A stretch of 64,000 bases of DNA from the human T2T-CHM13v2.0 reference genome, Homo sapiens. The translations under genes were made by a program, and so were the position numbers. The stretch is from assembly GCF_009914755.1 (NCBI RefSeq), contig NC_060936.1; one strand, 5' to 3'. This document shows positions 1 to 16,999 of the stretch, one piece after another. Each line of letters opens with the position of its first letter. Positions within the stretch are counted from its first letter, which is position 1. Under the pieces are notes generated by a model, which saw nothing but the letters and a program-made list of their open reading frames with translations, did not search any database and had not been told where the DNA came from.

Positions 1-1
1 T

Positions 2-48
<47 letters not shown>

Positions 49-53
49 CTCTT

Positions 54-86
<33 letters not shown>

Positions 87-369
87 GAGACAGAGTCTTG
101 CTCTGTTGCCCAGGCTGGAGTGCAATGGTGTGATCTTGGCTCACTACAACCTCCACTGCCTGGGTTCAAGGGATTCTCATGCCTCAGCCTCCTGAGTAGC
201 TGGGATTACAGGCATGTGCAATCATGCCTGGCTAAGTTTTGTATTTTTAGTAGAGACGAGGTTTTGCCATGTTGGCCAGGCTGGTCTCCATCTCCTGAAC
301 TCAAGAGATCTGCCCGCCTCGGCCTCCCAAAGTGCTGGGATTATAGGCATGAGCCACTGTGCCTGGCCC
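1..369 (-). mobile_element. Alu (S/J) with (TTTC)n-expanded tail
   Basis: (TTTC)n/(TC)n at 1-87, then reverse-complement Alu body ending gagccactgtgcctggcc. Confidence 0.95.
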
Positions 370-488
370 CATACATGGAATTTCTTTTGCAAGATTAATT
401 TTTATAATCCTTCCACAACTTGTTTGAACTTTTAGCTTTATCTTATCTAATTCAAAACAATCCTTTAACCCTAGGCAAAAATTTTCAT

Positions 489-903
489 TTTTTTTTTCAA
501 GTATCTCACTCTGTCACCCAAGCTGGAGTGCAGTGGTACAATCTTGGCTCACTACAACCTCTGCCTCCCCAGTTCAAGTGATTCTTGTGCCTCAGCTTCC
601 CAAGTAGCTGGGACTACAGGCATGCATCACCATGCCCAGCTAATTTTTTATATTTTTAGCAGAGACATGTTTCACCATGTTGCCCAGGCTGGTCTCGAAC
701 TCCTGAGCTCAGGCAATCCACCCGCCTCAGCCTCCCAAAGTGCTAGGATTACAGGTGTGAGCCACCATGCCCAGCCAAAAATTTACATTTTACCAATAAT
801 CTTTAAGGCTGTTTTTTTGTTGTTGTTGTTGTTGCTGAGATGGAGTTTCACTCGTCACCCAGGTTGGAGTGCAATGGTGCGATCTCGGCTCACTGCCACC
901 TCT
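489..903 (-). mobile_element. Full Alu (about 499-777) plus Alu right-arm fragment (about 838-903)
   Basis: Alu consensus motifs ctggagtgcagtgg and gcctcccaaagtgct, with T-rich tails. Confidence 0.9.
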
Positions 904-1428
904 GCAGGGAGGAAAAGTGAACATTCCCCTCTTTTTTTTTTCTTTTTTCTTTTCTTTCTTTCTTTTTTTTTTTTTTGATGGGACACAAAAATCACTGCTA
1001 ACAAATGCAAATACAAACACATGGGGACTATACAAAATTTTAGAGCTTCTGCATGGGGAAGAAAAACAGTCATAACAGAAGGCATCCTACAGATTGAAAG
1101 AAGGTTTGGCAAAATCATATCTGTGAAAAGGGTTGTTATCTAACATGCACAACAATATACTACTATATAGTAGAATGTACTACTATAACTGGGAAAATGA
1201 ACAAAACCTAATACCCAATCCAACACTGGGCAAAAAACCTGAAAAGGTGTATCTGAAAAGAAAACTTGAAATTGACTAACAAGTCAAAGACAAATTGCTC
1301 AGCTTCACTAATCCTCACACAAATGTATAAGTGCAAACCACACTCAGACACCTCTCACTCTACTTAGAAAGAAACTTAACAAAACCAACAAAAAATCCCC
1401 ATATGTTCACAGGCAATGGCCAATGTAG

Positions 1429-1745
<317 letters not shown>

Positions 1746-2183
1746 AAAGAAACTTTTATACACTATTGATGGGAATGTACATTACTGTACACATGATGCA
1801 AAACAGTTGAAGTTACCTCAAAAATTTAAAATTACAACTACCCTTTCATATAGCAATCCCACCACTGGTTATTCACTGAAAGCACATGAAATCTGTTATG
1901 TTGAAGAGATATCGGGCTTCCTATGATGACTGAAGCACTGTTCACAATAGCAAAGACATGGAATCAACCTACCTGTTCATCCACAGATGAAGCAACACAG
2001 AAACCACAGTACACAATGGAATTCTCTTCAGCCATAGAAATTCATGAAATCATGTCATCTGCATCAACGTGCAGAAACCTGGGGGATGTGACATTAAAGG
2101 AAATGAACCAGATAGAGAAAGACAAACACTGCATGACCTCATTCATGTGAGAATGAGATCAACTTTATCTCTAAACAACTTTA

Positions 2184-2535
<352 letters not shown>

Positions 2536-5500
2536 CTAATCACACATACACACACAAAATCAAAACCACCACTCATATTCCATCTCACTCTAGATGGACT
2601 GGATACTACAAAAAAAGTTGAAAAATATTAAAAGACAAAACAATGATGTGTGGGTTTTCCACAAAGGAGGAACTTGTCTCCACAGTTCGTGGAAACATAA
2701 GCTAGTATACACACTGAAAAAACCACTTGGAGTTTTCTCCAAACCTTAAAACGACAACTACCATTTCATCCAGCAATTCAACTACTAGGTATATATACAC
2801 AGCACATGAAATCAAGACATGGAAGAGATTATCTGCATTCGCAGGTGGAATCCAGCACTATGCAGACTAGCCAAGATAAGAAATCAGCCTACCTACCTGT
2901 CCATCTGCAGATGAAGGGAGAGAGAAGCTGTCCCACATGCAGACACTGGAATACTCTTCAGCCAGAAGAACACAATGAAATCCCATCATGGGAGCCACAC
3001 GGTTACACCTGGAGGACATGAAGGTAAATGAAATGAGCCAGGAAGAAAGATAAACTTTGCATCCTTTCACTCATGCAGAAGCTGAGAAACTGTATCTCAA
3101 AGACCTGGAAAGCATAGCAGTGGTTATCAGAGGTTGGAGGGAAGAGGGGGAGTGAGTAGGGATTAGAAAAGGGTACAAAGTTCCACACAGATGAGAGGAA
3201 AGAAATCCTGTTCTTCTATTCCACAGCAGGGTAACCAGGGTTAACAGTATGGTTGCATCTTCAAAATAGCTTGAAAGGAGGATACTGAAGCTTCTTGCCA
3301 CAAAAGAATAAACAATGGTACAAAATAACAGAGACACTAAATACCCTGATTTCCTCATTCTACAATGTAAGGAAAGACCAAAACATTGCACTCTACCCTC
3401 TCATTGTATTCCTTTGCTATTCGGCAAATTTGTTTAAAGAAACTTAAATACATGATGCTAAAATTCACGTGGAACCATGAAACACCCTGAATTTCTTCCA
3501 AAGCAATCCTGAGACATCCAGACTATGTGAGATGCATCTCACCCACCGATTTCAAATTTTATGGAAAAGTTAGAGACCCGCTTCCACACAGAGCAGTGGA
3601 ACACGAGAGAGGACCAAGAGGTAAACTCACACACCCGACTGATCCTCTACAGAATCCACAACAATAAGCAAGGGGGAAAAGATGCCCTATTCAATCAATG
3701 ATGGTGGGATAAGTGGCTAGCCATGGGTGGAAGAGAAACACTGGGTCCCGACCTCTTGCCAGACACAAAAAGGAACTCCAGATGAATAAAAGATCTAAAT
3801 GGAAGACCTCAAACTATTAAAATCCTGCAAGAAAACATACAAAATACCTTTCTTCACATAGGTTTTGGAAAAGAATCTATGTGGCTACGTCCCCAAAAGC
3901 AATGGCAACAAAAATTGACATGTCAGACCTAATACTGTAAAGAGCTTCCACACAGCAAAAGAAATTAGCAACAAACAGACAGCCTACAGAGTGGGAGAAC
4001 ATGTTCCCAAACTGCATCTGACCAAGGTCTAATATCCAGAATCTTCAAGGACCTTTGCAAATCATTCAGCAAAAACAAACAAACAAAAAAACCCATTAAT
4101 AAATGGGCAAGGGACGTGAACACACACTTCTCAAAAGACAATGTGCAAGCAACCAACAAAGAGGAAAACATGCTCAAACTCACTCATTAAGAGAGAAATG
4201 GAAGTCAAAAGCAGGTTGAGATACCATCCCACACCACTCAGAATGGCAATGACTGTGCAGACAAAGAACAGACCCTGGCAAGGCAGCCAAGGAAAGGAAA
4301 CACTGATGTGGTCTAGGTGGGGATGCAAACTAGTACAGACACTGTGGAAAGCAGTTTGGAGATTTCTCAAAGAACTTAGAACTACCATCTGACCCAGCAA
4401 TCCCGCTCCTAGGGATCTACCCAAAGGAAAATGCATCCTTCTGTCCAAAAGACACAGGCACTTTTATGTTCACAGCAGTGTCATGCACAAGGGCAAATAA
4501 ATGGAATCAACCTAGGTGCCCATCAACAGTGCATAAGATAAAGATGTGATACGTATATACCATAAAACACTAAACAGCCGCAAAAAAAGACAATCACATC
4601 TTTGGCAGCTGCAGGCCATTATCCTAAGTGAACTACAGCCAGAACAGACATCCAAATGCCACACATTCTCACTTGTAAGTGGAAACTAAACTATGAATGT
4701 ACCTGAACATAAAGAAGGGAACAACAGACCGTGAGAGTGACTACCGGACCCCCACAAAAACAATGAGAGGGAGGGGGCATTATATGCTGAAGACCCACCT
4801 TGTGGGTCCTCTGCTCACTGCCTGGGTCATGGGGTTGTTGGGACCCCAAGCCCCAATGTCATGCAGTCAACAGATGTAATTAACCTGTGTGTGTACCCTT
4901 TAGTCTATAATAAAAGTAGAAATTATTACACACACACACACAAAGAACAAGCTTAGGAGCTGTATAAACAAAAAAAAAAATAAGAAAAACCTGTAGTTAT
5001 CCAAACAATCCTTTTCTGGCAAACACGCAGAAAGATTAACCTATGGACAAAATGAGAAAGCCAAAAAATGCAGCCCAAAATTACATATGGTGAACGCATT
5101 TTTCAAGAGAACACCAAATATCACAACAGTGAAGAGAGAAGTTTGCTCTGTAATAGTCTTTGAGTAAAATGGATTTCTACCTGCAAAACAGTGAAATGGG
5201 CCCTCACATTACACAGGACACAAAAACCAATGCAAAGTATATTAAAGATCTCCACCCAAACCTGAAAACACAAAACTCCTAGAAGAAAACAGGGTGAGCA
5301 TTTACTTCAGTGAAACCTGAATCTATGCACACAGATTGCCAAAAGGAAAGAAAACAAAAGGGAAAAGTAGGAGGAAGAAACCCATAGACAATGCAAACTT
5401 TTTTCCTTTTTTTTTGTGATGGAACACCCAAACACCATGAACACATGCAAATATAAACGTGTAGGACTATGGAAACCTTTAGATGTGTTCCACTGGAATG

Positions 5501-6434
5501 AAACCAATGAACTGAAAGAGAAGGTGTCCTGCAGAGTTGGAGACAGATCTGAAAAACTGTATCTCTGAAAGTGGTTGTTATCTAACATGTCCCAGAAACT
5601 AAAACCACTGTGTTTGAAAAAAACAAAACAAACAAAAAAATCCACTAATACCAAAGCTAAAAATGGGCAAAGGCCCTTAATAGACATTTCTGAAAAGATG
5701 ACATGAATTGACTAAGGAGTCAAAAAGAAGTTGCTCAACTTCATCATTTCTCCCACAAAGGTAAGTCCAAACCACATTCAGATGGGGTCTCAATCCACTT
5801 AGAATGAATCTTACCTAAAACAATCCCCCTCAAAATGTTTATAGGTAATGGCCAATGTAGATTTGCAGAGAAAGAAACCTTTCAACACTACTAATCAGAC
5901 TGTATATTACTATGTACACTATAAAAAACAGTTGCAGTTTCCTCTAAAAAGAAAAAAAAATACAACTGCTCTTTAGTGTAGCAATCCTACCCCTGAATAT
6001 ACACTGAAAGCACTTGAAATGTGTATTTTGGAGAACTATCAGCCTTTGCATGGTGACCAAAGCACTATTTACAGTAGCCAAGATATGGAATCAACCTACT
6101 TGTCCATACACAGATGAAAGGATAAGAAACTGCAGTGCACAATGGAATCTTCTTCAGCCATAGAAATCCGCAAAATCACGTTATCTGCAGCCACATGGAG
6201 AGACCTGGAAGGCATGATGTTAAATGAAATGAGCCAGGCAGAGAAACACAAACGTGGCATGATCTCACACATGTGCAATCTAAACAACTTTATCTTGTAG
6301 AAGTACAAAGTTTAATGGTGGATACCAGAGGCTTGGGGGCAGGGGGCACTAGACAGGGATTGCAAATGGATACAAAGTTACACTTACCTGAGAGGAATAA
6401 ATTCTCCTGTTCTATTCCACAACAGGATGACTAG

Positions 6435-7447
6435 TGTAGGCACAAGCCCCACAGGGTCGGTGGGTCTCTCCCCGTGTGCGGAGATGAGAGAGTGTAGAAA
6501 TAAAGACACAAGACAAAGAGATAAAAGAAAAGGCAGCTAGGCCCAGGGGACCACTACCACCAAGTCACGGAGACCAGTAGTGGCCCCGAATGCCAGGCTG
6601 CACTGATATTTACTGGATACAAGACAAAGGGGCAGGATAAGGAGAGTGAGCCACCTCCAATGATAGGTAAGGCCACGTGAGTCACATGTCCACTGGACAG
6701 GGGGCCCTTCCCTGCCTGACAGCTGAGGCAGAGAGAGAGACGAGACAGAGAGAGAGAGAGAGAGACAGCTTATGCCATTATTTCTGCTTATTAGAGACTT
6801 TTAATACTTTCACTAATTTGCTACTGCTATCTAAAAGGCAGAGCCTGGTGTACAGGATGGAACATGAAGGCGGACTAGGAGCGTGACCACTGAAGCACAG
6901 CATCACAGGGAGACAGTTAGGCCTCCGGATAACTGCAGGTGAGTCTGACTAATGTCAGGCCCTCCACAAGAGTTGGAGGAGTAGAGTCTTCTCTAAACTC
7001 CCCCGGGGAAAGGGAGACTCCCTTTCCCAGTCTGCTAAGTAGTGGATGTTTTTCTTTGACGCTTACGCTACCGCTAGACCACGGTCTGCTTGGCAACGGG
7101 CGTCTTCCCAGACGCTGGCATTACCACTACACCAAGGAGCCCTCTGGTCGCCCTGTCTGGGCATAACAGAAGGCTCGCACTCTTGTCTTCTGGTCACTCC
7201 TCACTATGTCCCCTCAGCTCCTATCTCTGTATGGCCTGGTTTTTCCTAGATTACCATTATAGAGCAAGGATTATTATAATATTGGAATAAAGAGTAATTG
7301 CTACAAACTAATGATTAATTATATTCATATATAATCATATCTAAGATCTATATCTGGTATAACTATTCATATTTTATATTTTATCATACTGAAACAGCTC
7401 ATGTCCTTGGTCTCTTGCCTCGGCACCTGGGTGGCTTGCCGCCCACA
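6435..7447 (-). mobile_element. Solo LTR13 (HERV-K13/HML-4 type)
   Basis: Reverse complement starts tgtgggcggcaagccacccaggtgccgaggcaagagacc; TG...CA ends; perfect 6-bp TSD GACTAG at 6429-6434 and 7448-7453. Confidence 0.85.
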
Positions 7448-8015
7448 GACTAGGGTTAACAGTACTGTACCGTATTTTTCAAAATAGCTAGAAGAGAGGG
7501 TTTTCAATGTTTTTGCCACAAAGTATTAATAACTATATTAAATAAAGAGATGCTAAATAACCTGATTTGATCATTACACAATGTACACATATATTAAAAT
7601 GCTCTTGTACACTCTATATACATTTAATATGTGACAAGTAGTTTTTTAAAAGAAATGTAAACAAACGATGGCAAAATTTATATGGAAACATGAAACACCC
7701 TAAATTTCCAAAGCTATCCTGAGAAATACAAGCCACAGGGGATGCATCACTCTCCCTGATTTCTAATTACATGGAAAAGCTACACTTATCCAACCCATAT
7801 GTTACTGGCATGTGCACAGAAACACACACCAAATAGTAAAATGAGAGAGCTTAATAATAAACACAAATTTATGTATAGTGAACACATTTTAAAAAACAAC
7901 ACCAAAATGACACAATGAGGATGAGAGAGTCTGTTCTATAATGGTTTTCAAAACTAGATATCCATATGCAAAAGAATGATATAGGACCCTTATGGAGCTA
8001 AATACACAATAATCA

Positions 8016-8368
<353 letters not shown>

Positions 8369-10988
8369 GGAAAATCTAGGGCAACTTGGATGTATGCTCC
8401 AAGTTTGCAAGAAGTAACAAAAAAAGAAAAAAAAATCATGGAATACTTTGGTAGTGATTTTGGGTTTTTTTAAATTAGGAACCAACATCACAGGCAACCG
8501 AGAAATTATACACATGTGGGACCACATCAAACTTAAGAGTTTGTGCCCAACAAAGGAAACAATGAGGAACATTTAAAAGCATCTTAAAAATTATTAGAGA
8601 AGTTTGGAAAAACATACAGCTGATAAGGGGTTGTTTTTGAAAAGGCACAAGCCAGTAGCAATACAAGCTGGCAAAACCCAAAACAACAGAAAATAACCAA
8701 AACAAAACTGGGCAAAGAACCTGAATAGACATTTGTGCAAAGAAGACATGAAACTAACCCAATGTTTACAAAAATGTGGTTAACATTACTGATCATGAGA
8801 AAAATGTGGATCAAAACCACACTCAGATTTATCTCATTCTAACTGGAATGAATGTTACAAAAAGATAAAAATACTACAAAAGACAAATGCTGGTGGGGAT
8901 TTCCAGAAAGGGGAACTGTTCATGGGAATGTAAATTAGTGTTCACACTATGAAAAACAGTTGGAGGTTCCACAAAGAATGGAAACTACAAATACCATACC
9001 ATCTAACAGTCCCACTAATGGGTATATATTCAAAACAAATGAAATCTGTATTTTTGAGAGTCAGCTGCCTTCCAGTGTTTCTTCTAGCACCATTCACAAA
9101 AGCCAGGATACCTGATCATCCACAGATGAAAGGATTGAGAAATTCTAGTATATATAAGCAAGAGAATACTCTTCAGCCATCAAACTAATAGCATTATGTC
9201 ATTTGGAGCAACACAGATGAACCTGGAAAACATTATGATAAATGTAAGGGATAAATGAAGGGAGGATTTTGAATGTTCTTTCTACCCAAAATTAATACCT
9301 GTATGAAGGAATAGAGATGTTAAGCACCCTGGTTTGATCGTTACCCAATGTATACATTTATCAAAATGTACCAGCATACCCCCTTATTGTGGACCTTTGT
9401 GATGTTAAAAAAAGCAAAAGTTAACATAAGTGAATACCAGTTGCTAAAAATCACAGGGATTCACAACAGCTCTGAATATCTAAAGGAATCTTGAGAAGTA
9501 CAATGAAAGTATGAGGACAATCTCTGATATCAAATTACATTGCAAATCTATAGTTATGCAAAATATGTGATACTTGCATAAAAGCAAAAACCTACAGCCA
9601 TGGGCAAAAAACAAACAAACAAACAGGCAAATAATCAACCCAAATGTATAGTCAACTGACTTTCACAAGGAACACTGCAAAGACATAATGTAAAAGGCAG
9701 AGTCTGCTCAATAAATGACTATGAGAAAAATTATATCCATATGCAGAAGAGAGAAAAAGAACCCTTATTTTACATGATGTACAAAATTCAACCCAAAAAA
9801 GATCTAAGACCAAAACACAAGACCTTAAACAATAAAATACCTTTAACAGGAACATAGGTTGAATGTATACTTTGGGCTACATGAATCTGTGTTCAACCTG
9901 GAAAAATGGAAAAGAAACACAAAAAACATCCTGAAGTTGGCGGGGTCGGGGGGGAAACTCATTGTCAATGGGATGCTTTGACACTGATATATTTTTTAAT
10001 TGGTGACCAAAATCACATGTATCAAATGTAAAAATAAACATGTTAGACTACATCAAACTGAAAAGTTTCTGCACAGCAAAGAAAACTATCTTCCAAATAA
10101 AAAAGCATCCCAAAGAATGGGCCAAAATTTCAGGCAAGTATATAACTCACAGGAGTTCTTCTGGAACCTGTATACAGAAAGAAACGCTATGCAGTGGCAA
10201 AAAAAAAAAAAAAAAAATCTAATATTTGGCAAGGAAACTGAATAGACCACTTTGAAAAAACAAACAAATAAACACACACACATACAAAGCTGACCAACAG
10301 GTAAAACAAAAGGACCTCAATATCACTATTAATTCCACAAATGTAATTAACAACCACATTCAGATAATATTTCACTATTATTGAAATAAATATTGCTAAA
10401 TGAATGAAGGTTTCTAAAAATAAGAATTATGGTGTGGATTTGGAGAAAGGGGTGCTCATACCCTGTAGGTGGGAATGAATATTAGTAAACTGTGGAAAAG
10501 AGTTACAGGTTCCTCAAAGAATTGAAAATACAAATACCATATGATTTAGCCATCTCCCTTCTGGGTATACATTCAAAATAAATGAAATCTGTATTTTCTG
10601 AAATCTGCCTTCCTAGGTTTCTTGCAGCATCATTCACAAAAGCTACGTTTATGGAATCAATCTAGCTGTCTATCCACAGATAAATGGATCAAGAATCTCT
10701 AGTATATATATATATGACAAAACACTTCTGTCATCAAAATAATGACATCATGTCACTTGAAGCAACAGGGTTGAACCTGGAAAACGTTATGTTAAATGAA
10801 ATATGCCAGGCCTGGAAAGATAAACAGTGGATGATATCACTCAAATCTACAAAAAAGATTATCATAAAGAAGCAGAAGGGACAATATTGGTTACCAGAGG
10901 CTGGGGGATAGATGGGGAATAGGAAGGATTGGTTAAGAAAACAAAGTTACTCTCACATGAAAGGAATAAATTCTAGTGTTCTATTTCA

Positions 10989-11470
<482 letters not shown>

Positions 11471-11838
11471 CTAATTATCAGGCTTCATGATGTGCAAAAA
11501 AAAAAAAAGAAAAGACATGAAACTTAACACTTATGAATACACAATGCTAAAAATCACAAGGACCCACAACAAGTCCTGAATATCCAAAGGAATCCTGAGA
11601 AATAAAGTCAAAATATGAGGACCCACAATCCTCAATATCAGATTACATTGCTAAGCTGTATTTACACAAAATATGTGGTGTTTGCATACAAACAAAAGCC
11701 TAGAGCTAGGGATGAAAACAGGGAGGACAAAAAAAAAATTAATTATCAACCCAAACCTATACATAGTCAACTCACTTTGACAAAGGATACCACAAAGACA
11801 CAATGTGGAAGGCAGAGGCTGCTCAATAAAGAATTTTG

Positions 11839-12131
11839 GGCTGGACACAATGGCTCACGCCTGTAATCCCGGCAGTTTGGGAAGCTGAGGTGGGCAGATC
11901 ACAAGGTCAGGAGTTCAAGACCAGCCTGGCCAACATAGTGAAACCCCATCTATACTAAAAATACAAAAAATTAGCTGGGTGTGGTGGCAGGCGCCTGTAA
12001 TCCCAGCTACTCGGGAGGCTGAGGCAGGAGAATCGCTTGAACTGGGAGGCAGAGGTTGCAGTGAACGGAGATCACCTCACTGCACTCCAGCATGGGTGGC
12101 AGTGCTAGACTCCATCTCAAAAAAAAAAAAA
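11839..12131 (+). mobile_element. AluS (Sg-like)
   Basis: Full Alu with A tail and near-perfect TSD aaagaa(t/c)tttg. Confidence 0.95.
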
Positions 12132-12685
12132 GAACTTTGACAAAAATGATATCCATATGCATAAGACAGATATAGGATGCTTATTTCACACAATGAAAGA
12201 AAATCAGCCCCCCAAAATTAAAGGCCAAAACAAAAGACCATAAACCATAAAACTTTTGTAACTAAAACACAGGTTGAGCCACACGAATCTCTGCTCACCT
12301 TTGCAAAGAGTAAGAGAAACAAACAAAAAACACCTTGGGAGAAAAATCTCTTTGGCAACTGAATACTTTTCCTTCTGCTGACATATACTTTATTTTATGG
12401 GTGACCAGAATCACATGTATCAAGCACTAAAAAGAAACGTGGACTACATCAAACTTAAAAGTTTCTGCACAGCAAAGAAAACTACCTTTCAAATAAAAAA
12501 TCATCCTAGATATTAGGTGAAAATTTCAGGCAATAATATAGTTTATGAGGGGTTGTGAAATGTGTACACACAGAAAACACTTCAAAGTGCAAAAAAATCC
12601 AATCTAATATTTGGCAATACACCTAAATAGACAATTCTGCAAAGAAGACATAAAATTGAACAACAGGTAAGAGAAAAGATGTTCA

Positions 12686-12978
<293 letters not shown>

Positions 12979-13746
12979 GGGGCTGAGGACTTGGTCTTGC
13001 CAGAGGCAGCTTCTGGTTGCGCGGCACTGGCTGAACCTCTGTCCAGTCCCAGGAGTGGACAAAAGGCCACGGGTATCCCATCCTGATGGGTTCTAGGGCC
13101 CTAGAGGTCGCAGGAGCGCTCCCCGTGACCCCACTCCTGAGGTCGGCTCCTTTTCCCTGGGTAGCCCCCAGGACATGCCCCTGCCCTCCTCTGGACCTCA
13201 GCTTCGCCATCCACAAAAGGAAGCAGCCTGGCCAGAGCTGGGGAGGGTCCCTCAATCTCGGTCCCTCAGGATCCAGGGTGGGCTGTCTTGGCCCCACTGC
13301 AGAGGGGACCCAGAGAACCACGGAAAGCTGGGTGCTGGAGGGGCAGTCCCACGATGGCAGCAGGGCTTCCCCGGCCTCGTGTCTGCATCCGTCCTGTGAG
13401 AGCCTGAGGGCCTTGCTAGGGGCTCAGACACACGCGGTGCCCACCAGGGCTGCCTTGGTCACTGGGCTCCCTAGAAGGCAGGCAGGGGCCCTGGGGACCA
13501 GTGCTACCCCCACTCCATCCCCACCCCTCGTCAGTTCCCACGAGGGGCCCTGCGGACTGAACTCAAACCTACCCCTTCCCGGGGAGAGGGACCTGCATCT
13601 GCCTGTGTGACACCCACAGGAGGGGCTGTGCTGGCCTGTCCCGGGGATCCCTCCCCGACAGCTGAGTGTCAACTCCCACTTCCCCACCCCCAATCTGAAT
13701 CCCTGCCCTCATCCCTGCACCTTTCAGGATCAGGCCCTTGATACAC

Positions 13747-13851
13747 CTCTCACTCTCTGCCCAGGGCAGCCCTGAGGGCCAGGAAGGCCCAGATCTCCCT
13801 TCTCTCCCTGTCCCATGGGGGCCCGATCAGTCCAATGAGACCTGGGTGCCC
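13747..13851 (-). pseudogene. Orphan fibrillar-collagen exon, COL11A2-like, frameshifted
   Basis: Acceptor cccttctctag, then [12 protein letters not shown]/(frameshift)QGEKGDLGLPGPQGCPGQ, then GT. Matches COL11A2 [35 protein letters not shown] as I recall it; 105 nt versus the canonical 108-nt collagen exon. Confidence 0.85.
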
Positions 13852-14324
13852 CTAGAGAAGGGAGCAGGTGGTCAGGGGGACACAGAGAAGAGTCATGTAG
13901 GTGGGAGAGAAGGGCCAAGACACAGAGAGGGACCGGGCACAGGATCTGTGAGTGGCCCTCCCTGAGCAGGGACCCCAAGGCCTGGCTGCTGGAGGCCTGG
14001 AGCAGAGCAGGGGCCCTCGGGGTCACACAGGTTTCAGGGCTGAGGCTGATTGGAGCGACACCTGGCCGTGTGTCTGTCATTCACCTTCACTACTTCATCC
14101 CTCCACATGCCCATGGGAAGGTCCTTTGGAGCACCTGTTGTGTGCTGGGCTCAGTGCTACACACCAGGGATGCAAAAATGAATGGGAGAAGCCCCCTCTG
14201 CTCACCAAGTTCCATGTCTAATGTGAGTATTCTTAACTGTGGGACCCCGAGAATTATGGACAACTTCATACATGAGTGTGAGGAATAGCTTTATTCTGGG
14301 GGAAAACCTGGTGACTTTCATCAC

Positions 14325-14620
<296 letters not shown>

Positions 14621-15799
14621 TCATCACATTTTCAAAAATGTCCATGGTCTATGAAAGGCTTAGCAACCTTAAACCTAGAGGGCTCTACACCCAGCTCTGT
14701 GAGCCTGGGCAGGCTACTGCAACTATTGTGTTCCTGTATGTGAACCACAAGCCCACTCCATGGAGTTATTACAAAGATGGCATAGCCTGTAGGGCAGGCC
14801 TCACAGGGTGGAAATGAGGTTGAAGGGAGGAGAGGAATTAGAGGGTGCTCTTGCCTGGCTCTTCTTCAGAGGGATGATGGTGAGAACAATGGTGATAGCT
14901 ACAGAAATCTGAGTTCTCAGGATGATCTATGAGGTAGTTGTTGTTTCCATCACATTTTACAGATGAGAAAACAGTCTCAGGGGGGCCCAGGCTCCATGCC
15001 CAGTGACACACCCAGTGAGTGTGGAGCTGAGCCTGAATCTAAAATCAGAGCTGTCTGGGGGCAGTGGGAGCACTGTGCCAGCTGGCTCAAGCCAGTCCCC
15101 TATGGTACAAGGGCAAGGTGGCTGGGGCATAACTGGGGGAGGAGAGGAGAGCCTCACTGTCTTTGTCCCTGACCTGGCAGGTAGGGATCTTTAAGGTGGC
15201 CACCCAGGAGTGAAACTTCCAGAGAGCTCAGATGAGGGTGCAGAGGTAGAAGGCGAGGAAGCCTGTGACATGGAGGGGCTGCTGGGGTTCAGAGGATAGG
15301 GATCCTCCCTCCCAGCTGGAGGCCTCCACATCAAGACAGCAGAGGCTTCCTCCCCAGCCCTGCCCTCCTATGGCCAAAGGCCCTGAAACACCTCCATTCG
15401 AGAGACCAGAGCAAGGGCCTGGGAGAGCTGGGCTCAGTGTGGATGTGGGGAAGGGTGGGCTTGGGGCCACATTACCTTGTGATTTGTTAAAATCCCACCA
15501 TAGAGGTAACTAGGGGGTGCTTGGTGGCCCTGGAGGGATTCTGAGGTTCTCCTGTCCCACAGCTGAGTTTGTCTTTCCCCACCTTGTGAAGCTTGACTTC
15601 TCCTTCATCCCCCTAGGAAGGAAGCCAAGAGCTCACCCTGATGCTCAGTCCCTCAAGAAAACCTCTTGTACCCTTTCCATTTTAAAGGGTTTCCTGAGTA
15701 GAGCACACAGAAACCATGACTAGTCTAAGTAACAGGAGACTGAGTTTTCACATGAACATGGCATTTCCTATTCCTAGCAACATTATCTGAAGATAAATG

Positions 15800-16600
15800 T
15801 TAGATGTCATCAGGGACAGTTGGAGTGATATCCCCCAACTCTGCCTGCAGACCTCCTTCTCAATTTCCTACCAGACCTGGGTGTTGCATGTTGCTGTGCC
15901 AGGGTCTAACCACAAAGGAATGAGCCCTGCTCCACTCTCACTGTGTGTGCATCCATCGAGTCAGTGGCTGGTCATGCTCACACCAGCCCCTGACAGTGGG
16001 ACAGTCCATCCTGGGGTTCAGCACATGGTGAGTGCTGAGCCTCACTAACCTAGCTGTGCGGGAGATCTCCAGCTAGGGTGATGGGCACCAGGCTAACAAC
16101 AAGGTGGTGTCTGAGTTCTGATGCAGTGGACCTTGTCCGTCTGCTATGGATTGGAGCATTTCTTTGGCTTGAGGTGGTCATGTTATTAAATACAATATAG
16201 TATCTTCCTGATTCTTCCCTGCTTTGACCAAGTGCTGAGGAATGACCCCAGCACGCACAGATGTTGACCTACACTGTTCTATGTGGGGCCATACACTTCT
16301 CAGAATCTGTGAGCTGACCAGAAGCCTGTGGGCTTTCTATGTGTATTTCACAGTAATGACCATGCCAGTGTCTGTTGTTCCCTGTACCTTTTGCTACCCT
16401 GGGTTATGTGACCACTGGGCCCACCTTATGATGATGGGCAATGCTTGGCATGTTTATAGGCTGTCACAGTTCCAGGTGTACTCATAGATCCTAGAACTCC
16501 CTGTTGTGGGAACACCTTATCCCATGCCTGAGTGATCACACCGTTGAGGAACAGGGCGTCAATACTGGGACCCATTTCTGGGTTCATGTTTTCCTCCTCT
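15800..16600 (-). mobile_element. Possible very decayed ERVL-class integrase relic
   Basis: Scattered minus-strand peptide motifs (AQWSH, GVIPQ..DYI, HDQ, GLVGN*EG) in ERVL integrase order; weak. Confidence 0.3.
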
Positions 16601-16999
16601 ATTCAGGTGTCAAAATCTGGGTTTATTCTTTTCTGCACCATCTCCATTTAAGGAGTAGAGATATTAAACTGACCTTCAGGTACAGCTGTGGTGAGGGAGG
16701 AAAGAGGTGATTTATGTGAAGTGTATGGTGGTGTTCGTTTTTTTTATTAGAAAAATGACATGATTGAGGTTTGAGGGTCACTATAGGACAGGAATTCAAG
16801 AAAAGTGACACTTGTACTGTGCTGTGCATGTGGGTCCACATTTCCTGGGGGAAACATACACATTGACAAACACATTCACAATCACCACACATTAACTCAC
16901 CCTTAGTTACTTCCCAACCCTCCTGCATACAAACCCACACCATCTAAATGATTTTTTTGTTGTTGTTGTTGTTCGAAGAAGTGTTTTGTTTTTTTTTTT

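Noticed and set aside
12980-13620. Faint similarity to chemerin (RARRES2) exons
   Set aside because: Only a few residues match, with no consistent exon structure.
15940-16490. Plus-strand words resembling a vomeronasal V1R pseudogene (IHRVS, DLHCS, YRL.Q)
   Set aside because: Spacing and TM pattern are unconvincing; a minus-strand ERVL integrase reading fits at least as well.
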